Below the pieces are notes generated by a model. The model did not search any database, was not told where the DNA came from, and worked only from the letters and a program-made list of their open reading frames with translations. The position numbers and the translations under genes were made by a program. Below, piece by piece: positions 5,733 through 5,875 of a stretch of DNA of 5,875 nucleotides. The DNA lies in contig CAJINV010000115.1 in the NCBI GenBank assembly GCA_905178155.1, positions 1 through 5,875 of the forward strand. The letters are read 5' to 3'. Position 1 is the first letter of the stretch. Each line of letters starts with the position of its first letter. The DNA comes from Amoebophrya sp. A120. Taxonomy: Eukaryota; Protista; Dinoflagellata.

Positions 5733-5875
5733 GATCAGAGATTTTAGATATTACCCGCAAAGCTAAAATATCTAGGCAAATTCCGGAGACAGTTTGATCT
5801 CACTAAAGCGACGAAGTGTAAAGACGAACGAAGTTTTCCAAACGTAAAGAAGTGCTAGAACATCGGGAAAGTCCA

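Overview
The window holds two long, intact, same-strand (minus) and same-frame ORFs separated by a 189-nt spacer. ORF2 (3332->318, 1004 aa) has a GIY-YIG endonuclease (GVIY..YIGQT..R..H..E..N) in its N-terminal part, a CxC..GH zinc-knuckle-like linker, a DK motif and a reverse transcriptase core (RPLTS, DLKDFFT, QTTGGPMGSP, YIDD). This is the permuted EN-RT architecture of Penelope-like retroelements of the Naiad/Chlamys type. Upstream lies an unrecognised, largely low-complexity ORF1 (687 aa from ATG 5585), so this looks like a two-ORF, endonuclease-bearing PLE, probably from a eukaryote. The non-coding parts are the most striking. A perfect 17-bp inverted repeat (5594-5610 / 3346-3362) and a nested 9-bp one (5578-5586 / 3386-3394, covering the ORF1 AUG) could pair the 5' leader with the spacer and loop out all of ORF1. 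A 5-codon uORF stops 7 nt before this stem, and the ORF2 AUG-AUG-AUG follows 13 nt after it, which is the layout of a ribosome shunt. An A-rich AGTAAAAA motif also recurs 127-130 nt upstream of three start sites. Element ends, pLTRs and hammerhead ribozymes were not seen. All calls were made by eye, without database searches or folding programs.
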